A DNA stretch of 64,000 nucleotides from the NCBI RefSeq assembly GCF_009914755.1, contig NC_060946.1; one strand, 5' to 3'. Origin of the DNA: the human T2T-CHM13v2.0 reference genome, Homo sapiens. This document shows, in pieces, positions 53,603 to 64,000 of this stretch. Below the pieces are notes generated by a model, which had not been told where the DNA came from, did no database searches, and saw nothing but the letters and a program-made list of their open reading frames with translations. A program made the translations under genes and the position numbers. Numbering within the stretch: position 1 is the first letter of the stretch; each line of letters starts with the position of its first letter.

Positions 53603-54324
53603 TGCTTAGTCTGCTTTCTGTTGCTTATAACAGAATACCTGAAACTGGATACTTTGTTTATTTATTTATTTTTTGGAAACAGAGTCTCGCTCTGTTGCCA
53701 GGCCGGAATGCAGTGTTGCGACCTCAGCTCACTGCAACGTCTGCCTCCCACATTCAAGCAGTTCTCCTGCCTCAGCCTCCTGAGTAGCTGGGACTACAGG
53801 CGCCCGCCACCACACCCAGCTAATTTTTGTATTTTTAGTAGAGACAGGTTTCAGCATGTTGGCCAGGACGGTCTCAATCTCTTGACCTTGTAATCTGCCC
53901 GCCTTGGCCTCCCAAAGTGTTGGGATTACCGGCGTGAGCCACCGCGCCCGGCCTTGAAACTGGATGCTTTATAAAGAAAAGGAATTTATTTCCTACAGGT
54001 GTGAAGCCTGAGAGGGCCAAGGTTGAGGGGCCACAGCTGGTGAGGGACTTCTTGCTGGTGGGGACTCTCTGCAGGTTCCCAAGATGGCGCAGGGCATCCC
54101 ATGGTGAGGGAGCTGGGCGGGCTAACATGCTCAGGCCTCTCTTCCTTCCCCTCCCATGATAACCCATTATCCCATTAGTCCACAAATGGATTAATCTATT
54201 CTTGAGAACGGAGCCCTCCTGACCCCATCACCTCTTAAAGGGCCCACCTCTCAACATTGCCACACTGGGGATTAAGTTTCCTTAAAACGTGAGTTTTGGA
54301 CGGAACAAATATTCAAACCATAGC
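53603..54324 (-). mobile_element. MaLR LTR (MSTC/D-like) interrupted by an Alu at 53660-53953 (TSD TGAAACTGGATRCTTT)
   Basis: Ends CAAACCATAGCA; TSD at 53640 and 53955. Confidence 0.75.
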
Positions 54325-56616
54325 ACCCAGTGGGTGAGAGAGTAAGAGAAGGGGCGTCGAGCCTCTCAAGATGGGTTGCTCTCCTGCCTATTTAAGATAC
54401 ACCCCATACTTCAGATGTTGAAACTGATGCTTAGAGAAGGTGAATCATTTGTCAAGGCCTAACCAGTCGCTCACATAGTCAACAAATATTGATTGAGTTA
54501 AAGCTATATATAGCATCCAAATCTCCTGGGATCTTTGAACCCACACCTCCTGGGATCAAATCCCAGGGCTGCCACTTGCGAGCCAAAGGGGCAACTTACT
54601 TAATCTCTCTGTGCCTCAGTTTCCTCACATCTACCATGGGGCTACCCCCCACCCCAGAGGCAGGGGCATATTTGCCCTTTGGCTCCTGACTCCTAAGCTC
54701 TGGCATGCCTCATGTGCATGGCCCCTTCCAAGGCACCCTGCCTCTCTCATACCCACAATCATGTGTTTTCCTGGAAGAAGATCTCGAGACTGACTCAGCT
54801 TCAGGCCCCTAGTCCCCTACCCAGAGGGTTGTTTTGAGAATTAAATGAGTTACTGCCCATGAGGCGTGCCTGGCACATAGCAAGTGCTCAGTGCTGTTGC
54901 TGAGGGCCCACTGTGTGCTGGGCACGGTGCTTGGAGCCGGGAGTCAGTGGCAAAGACAGACCAAGCCTGCCATCATGGAGCCCATGTCCCAAGAGGGGAA
55001 CAGACAGTGAACAAATGAGCAAATTGGAGCCTGCTCTGGGGAGGCAAGTGGCTGAAAGGAGAGAGCATTTTCAGGCAGGAGGAACAGCAGGTGCAAAGGC
55101 CCTGTGGTGGGGACGAGCTTGTCGCATTGGGGAAGTGAGTGAGGAGGCGCCGCAGGAGCTGTGGTCAGAGAAGCCGGGTGCTGGGTCTGCTTCCCTCTCC
55201 CCTCCCCGCCTCTGAGGGACCAGCTGGGGTACTGATCTACCATCTCCCTGTCCCTGCCTTGTGACCTCAGACCCTGTGCCCAGCCCCCACTTCCCCTTCC
55301 AGCTGTGACCCAGAAGTGGAGGGCACGTCCTTCCCTAGACTACATCTCCGTCCCCAGGGTGGGCCTGAAACTTCCAGAGCCTCAGTGGACTCAGCAGCTG
55401 TCCCCACTCCCTGACCCACCCACCTGCCCCCAGCAGCGTCAGACCCTCAAAAACTCCTCTCCTTTGCTTTCCCCAACCCTCCCAGAAACCATGGAGATTC
55501 CCCAGATGCATCAGACATTTCCCCAGCCCGGAACGCCCTGTCTGCCCTCCTCCATCTGACCAAATCTCAACGTCACCTCCTTCTGGAAGTCCCTGGGTTA
55601 TGAGCAGAAAATGAGTCTTGCTCGTCTCTGTACCCCAGGGCCTGGTACAGGGCTTGGCACAAGGATAGACTGGTGATAAATGGAAAGCTATTCAGGTCCA
55701 ATTGACACATTCTCCACTGGCCTGCTTGCCTGGCCCGTGCTGGGCATAGAAGCCAGGACTCTGACAGATGGCTCCACTCACGTTCATGGGCAAAGAACCC
55801 ATTCCCAAGTCCAGGGTCCTGGAGTGTGCCTGGGCTCTGCACTAATCTGCGACGTGACCGTGGAAAGCCACCGGTCTCTGCTGGGCTTCTCCTTATCGCC
55901 AGAGCAGCAGCTGGAAGAGTCTATGCGTGAGTCACGGTGTGGGCCTGATCCAGACAGCCTGGGTTTGAATCCTGCCTGCCACTTGCTGCTGTGTGACCTT
56001 GGGTGAGTTTCTTAACTTCTCTGAGCCTCTGTTTCCCCATCAGTAAATGCTGAAGAGAATCAGTGCCTGTCTCACAGAATCGTTCTGAAGGTTCCTGGCG
56101 CTGGTTCTGTGGAAAGCTGGGCCTGTAGAAAGCACAGAAAGTGCATGCACCATGATTAGGCTTTGAGCTGCGTCTACAGGGACGTGATGTGCTTGTCGCA
56201 CACATCTACTACATGTGTCAGAGTGGGAGCCTGGGAGTGCTCAGGACTGAGTCCTTTCTGAGGTTCCTCATGGCACCAAGGACAAGGGTAGCCAGAAACT
56301 CCCCGGGCCCCATCACAGCTCCCTGCTCGCGCGGGCTGGGGATGTGTGTGCACACCACACGGACGGGCGTCCGGTCCATCACAGGCACTCTCTTCCTGGA
56401 CACACCACCTGCTCCGAGGCAGCCTCCATCCTCCCCCACCACTAGACACTCCGAGCAGTGGAATACCATTGAGGAGGTCCAGGGAAACAAGGTGATCCCA
56501 TCATGGTGAACTGAGTTTCCATAGACCCACACACACATACCCTTACACACATACATACTCCCCTAGGGAAGGGTGGCTGGAAATAAGGTAACAGGACACA
56601 TATGAAGGTTCTGGGA

Positions 56617-58217
<1,601 letters not shown>

Positions 58218-60490
58218 CATTTTTAATATCTTTACCATAAAAGCAACAATACATGTTCATTTATGAAAATCTAAAAATTGCAGAAAAGTCAAAATAAGGA
58301 AGAAAAATCACCACCCACAGCCCCACCACCCAGAGACAATCATTGTTAAGGTTTGATGTATTTCCTTCCATAGTTTTTTGTTTGAGGACTTTAAAAAAAA
58401 AATGGGGCTGAGGTCATACTGTATATTAAAAGAAAAAAAAAAGGTGGTATCCTGCCTTTTTGACCTGCCATTATATCATGGCCACTTTTCTAGTTCTTTC
58501 ACTCTCTGTAATCTCGTTTCTTTTTCCTCTTCTCTGAACCTCATTTTTATTGGCTGCCTAATATTTTGTCAAACCATATTCCATGGTTTATTTTGCCATT
58601 CCCTCATTGTTGGAAATCTCAGTTATTTCCAGTTTTTCGAAGCTATAAATAATATATTTCGATTAATATCTTTCTACAGATAGCTTTCCTTTTTCCATAT
58701 TTAGGGGTTGCTCCTTGGCTGGCATGGAATTCCTGGGTCAGCAAGCCATGTGTGATATGCTTCTGACTCAACCCAGTTGCTTTTCTAAGGACCTGAGCCA
58801 TGCCTGGTCTACAGAGGAGCAGAGAAGCCCCAGGAGGTGACATACACTGCTCATGGCCACTCAGCCGGTTAGCCATGCCCACGCTCCTTCCTCTGTCTCT
58901 CGCCTATCTCTGTCATCATGCTTCCATCTAATCATTTTCATTCATTCATTCGATTCAACAGAGAAGGTGAACCCACTGTGTGCCAGGCGCAGGTCCGGGC
59001 TCCAGAGACCCGGCAATGGACAGTCAAAGCCTGTGCCCTCCAGGCGTTTCTACCACAAGGCATGATGGGAAGAAGGGTATATCCTCACCCACCTCCGCAT
59101 TTGGTTATATGCAATGTGAGGTGTTCGTTTGCATGGCTTCTCATTTGCATCCCACCTGGGGACAGGTGGGCCGGCAGAGGGTGACATCTATCAGCTCTAA
59201 GGGCAGGGTCCTGGTTTTCCTCAGCCCCAAACTGTTTTCTAACATTTGGCCTTCCCTTAAAACTTGGGAGATTTCACAAGAGTCTGGATTTCTGACTTCT
59301 TCTGAACACTCTGTAGGCCTGGCCACACTGGGCCCAGGTCCCAGAGGGCCCCCAGGGATTGGAGCTCAGTCGTGGCACCCCCTCTGCCCAGGCCCGACCT
59401 GGCTACCTTGACACACACCACACTGAGCTTCTTGGCCGTCCTTTCTGCACACATTCATTGGGTCCTGGCCATTCCTGACTCGGCTGGAGGGATGTTAATG
59501 ATTGTAATCCAGAGACAAGTCACAAGAAGATGAAGTCACTTGGCTGAGGTGACAGAGCTACAAGGGACAGGGGCAGGATTTGAACCAGAGCGACTCGGAT
59601 CCTGAGTCCAGGCTTTTGGCCACGCCTGCCTGACAGTCCAGTGGGAAAACTGTCAGGTCCTGGGAGACCCTGGCAGGGGGACAGACTGCCCCACCGCAGC
59701 CAGGGGCAGCTCAGAGGGTCCCCAGGGCAGCAGAGGTCTAAGACCACTGTGGACATGGGCCTGAGAGCCAGAGCTCAAAAGTCAGGTTGGAGGTTTCCTA
59801 TTTGAGGAGAGCCTCCCTCTGCCCAGAACACCCTCTCCTCCTGCCTTTACCTGCTTCATGCTTACTCTTGCTCAGCTGAGACGCCACCTCCTCCAGGGAG
59901 CCCTCCCTGACCCCAGGGAGGGTTTACAGCTAGCTTCAGAGCCCCGGTCCAGCCCAGAGGGAGGTGTGGCCCTGACTGGATGGGAGAGACTAGAGCACCA
60001 GCACCAGTGACTTACACATTCCCAAGTTTCCACTGCCTCCCACGGGAGACCCCCCGCTCGCACTCCAAACCCCAGCCACCTCCCACCCCCTCAGCTCCAT
60101 GTGGATTAAGAGAGAAAGGAAGAAACAGCAGTGACTGCAGGACAGTAGGACGGCTGCTGGCCTAGGGTGGCCCAGAAAACCCCAGCTTCACCCTACACTG
60201 GCTGCATGACCTGAGGCATTTCCTAACCACCCTGCGCCTTGGCTTCCTCACCTCTAAAACAGACTGTAGTGGAGTTCCTCCCTCCCGGTCACTGTGAGCC
60301 TTCACGGGAAGAGCCCCTGGTGGACACCCCAGTAAGTGGTCATCTTATTATTAATGAACAGGGGAGCACCCACCCCCGGGGTCATGGGCTCACAGAATGC
60401 GGGGAGCCTAGAGCCCCCAGCCCCACCGTCTCATTTTATAGCTGAGGAGACTAAGCCCAGGGAGGGAGGAAGCCATGGCTTCAGCAAGAG

Positions 60491-60559
60491 GCCCTGACCC
60501 TAACTCCAGAGGGAGCCCCTGACCCTAACTCCAGAGGGAGCCCCTGACCCTAACTCCAG
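60491..60559 (+). repeat. 25-bp tandem repeat, ~2.7 copies (CCCTGACCCTAACTCCAGAGGGAGC)
   Basis: Direct inspection. Confidence 0.9.
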
Positions 60560-60627
60560 TTGCTGCCGCCAGCTGCCCTTAGCCCTGGTCCACCCCCTCT
60601 AAGGGTTCCTGATAAGAAGGGACCCAG

Positions 60628-60965
<338 letters not shown>

Positions 60966-61831
60966 GAAGGGACCCAGTGATGCAGCCCCCACCCCGGCCC
61001 CTTCCCCTTAAAGGGCCAGCATGTATCTCTGTCCTGGGCCCAGCCACGGCCTGCTTCCTGGCCATTTGCTTCTCTGGGAAGGAACCCTCTCCCCAGAGAC
61101 TGTCTCTTCTGGCCAAGGAGGGAGGGGGTGGCTTCCTGGCCTAAACAATGGGGCCAAGAGGCATGAAGCCTCCTGTAGCCTCTGGCATGCAGTAGTGTGG
61201 GGACATCTGATGGGACGTCATTCCAATCAGGGAGCACAGGGAATGTGGAGATGGGGACCGGAGAGGGCAAGGGTGCAAGGGGGCTGCAGAGTGGGAACCC
61301 ACTGCAGGTAACATGAGTCCCCTTCTCCAGCCCCAGCAAGGAGGCAGCAGCATTGGGGAACACTCTCTGGCCTTGTGACCCTGAGCAAGGGGCTCCATCT
61401 TCCTGGGCCTGTTTCCCCACCTGTAAAATGGAGAATGACAGGAACATCTACCCCATAGGATGGTGGTGACGTTAAACCAAATCCTTTCTGTAAAGGGCCT
61501 AGTCCTGAGCAAACGGGGTCAGAGTTCACAAACACGCTGCTGCCGGGCAGTGGGGGGCGGTGGTCACAGGCACAGACTCAGCCACCACCTGCCTGGGTGA
61601 GAATCCCCCTCTGTGTTTGCAGCTGTGTGGCCTTCGGTAAGTTACTTAACCTCTCTGTGCTTTTGTGTCCTTGTCTATAAAACAGGGATAATAATCATCC
61701 CGCAGAACAATATCTGAAAACTAACTGAGTTAACCTATGTAAAGTGCTTGAAGAACATGTCTGGGCCCTTCCTAAGCACTCAAAGTACCCATCACTGTGG
61801 CCATCGTCATCAGTATCGCCTCCTTGCCTTC

Positions 61832-63757
<1,926 letters not shown>

Positions 63758-64000
63758 CCTTCAAGCCACCAGCCACCTCACGCCCACAATCACCTGTGTC
63801 CCTGTTGGATCTGGGCTCCCCAAGGGCAGGGCTAGGCCCGCCTCCATCCCTGCTATGTCCCCAGTGCCTAGAACAAGGCCTGAGACACCTGAATTCCAAC
63901 ATGCATTAGCACTTACTCTAACTTGGGCATGGGAAACAGCCATTCTTGTGAAAAATGGTCAAACCTCCATTTCATCGGGTCCGCCCTAACTTGCATGAGG

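Overview
Human genomic DNA, recognisable as the PDGFB (c-sis, chr22q13.1) locus. The complete PDGFB gene lies on the minus strand (TSS ~35650, 3' end ~14355). It has 7 exons with GT/AG boundaries read directly from the sequence, a 726-nt CDS (241-aa prepro-PDGF-B), a ~1-kb GC-rich 5'UTR with three uORFs, an alternative first exon in intron 1 (MFIMGL isoform), and a TATA/CACCC/SSRE promoter in a CpG island. No other protein-coding gene is supported. The flanks are repeat-dense: about 30 Alus, a 5'-truncated L1PA, an ERVL-type internal relic, an ERV1-type solo LTR, MST/MLT1 LTRs, L2/MIR fragments and a ~730-bp GGAT satellite. The most unusual observations are: (1) a 236-bp, ~95% identical inverted duplication of an ancient MLT1 LTR (51897-52777); (2) an L1 flanked by a ~57-bp target-site duplication; (3) a symmetric 351-nt exon 4-5 cassette, flanked by inverted Alus, that would give a stop-free circular ORF of the growth-factor domain; (4) a perfect 135-bp-period duplication inside an intronic Alu; (5) an in-frame uORF separated from the PDGFB ORF by a single TGA; (6) a dense GATA/AP-1/CRE motif cluster ~8.6 kb upstream. 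I found no convincing novel multi-gene system. Repeat subfamily calls are from memory of consensus sequences, not from a search.
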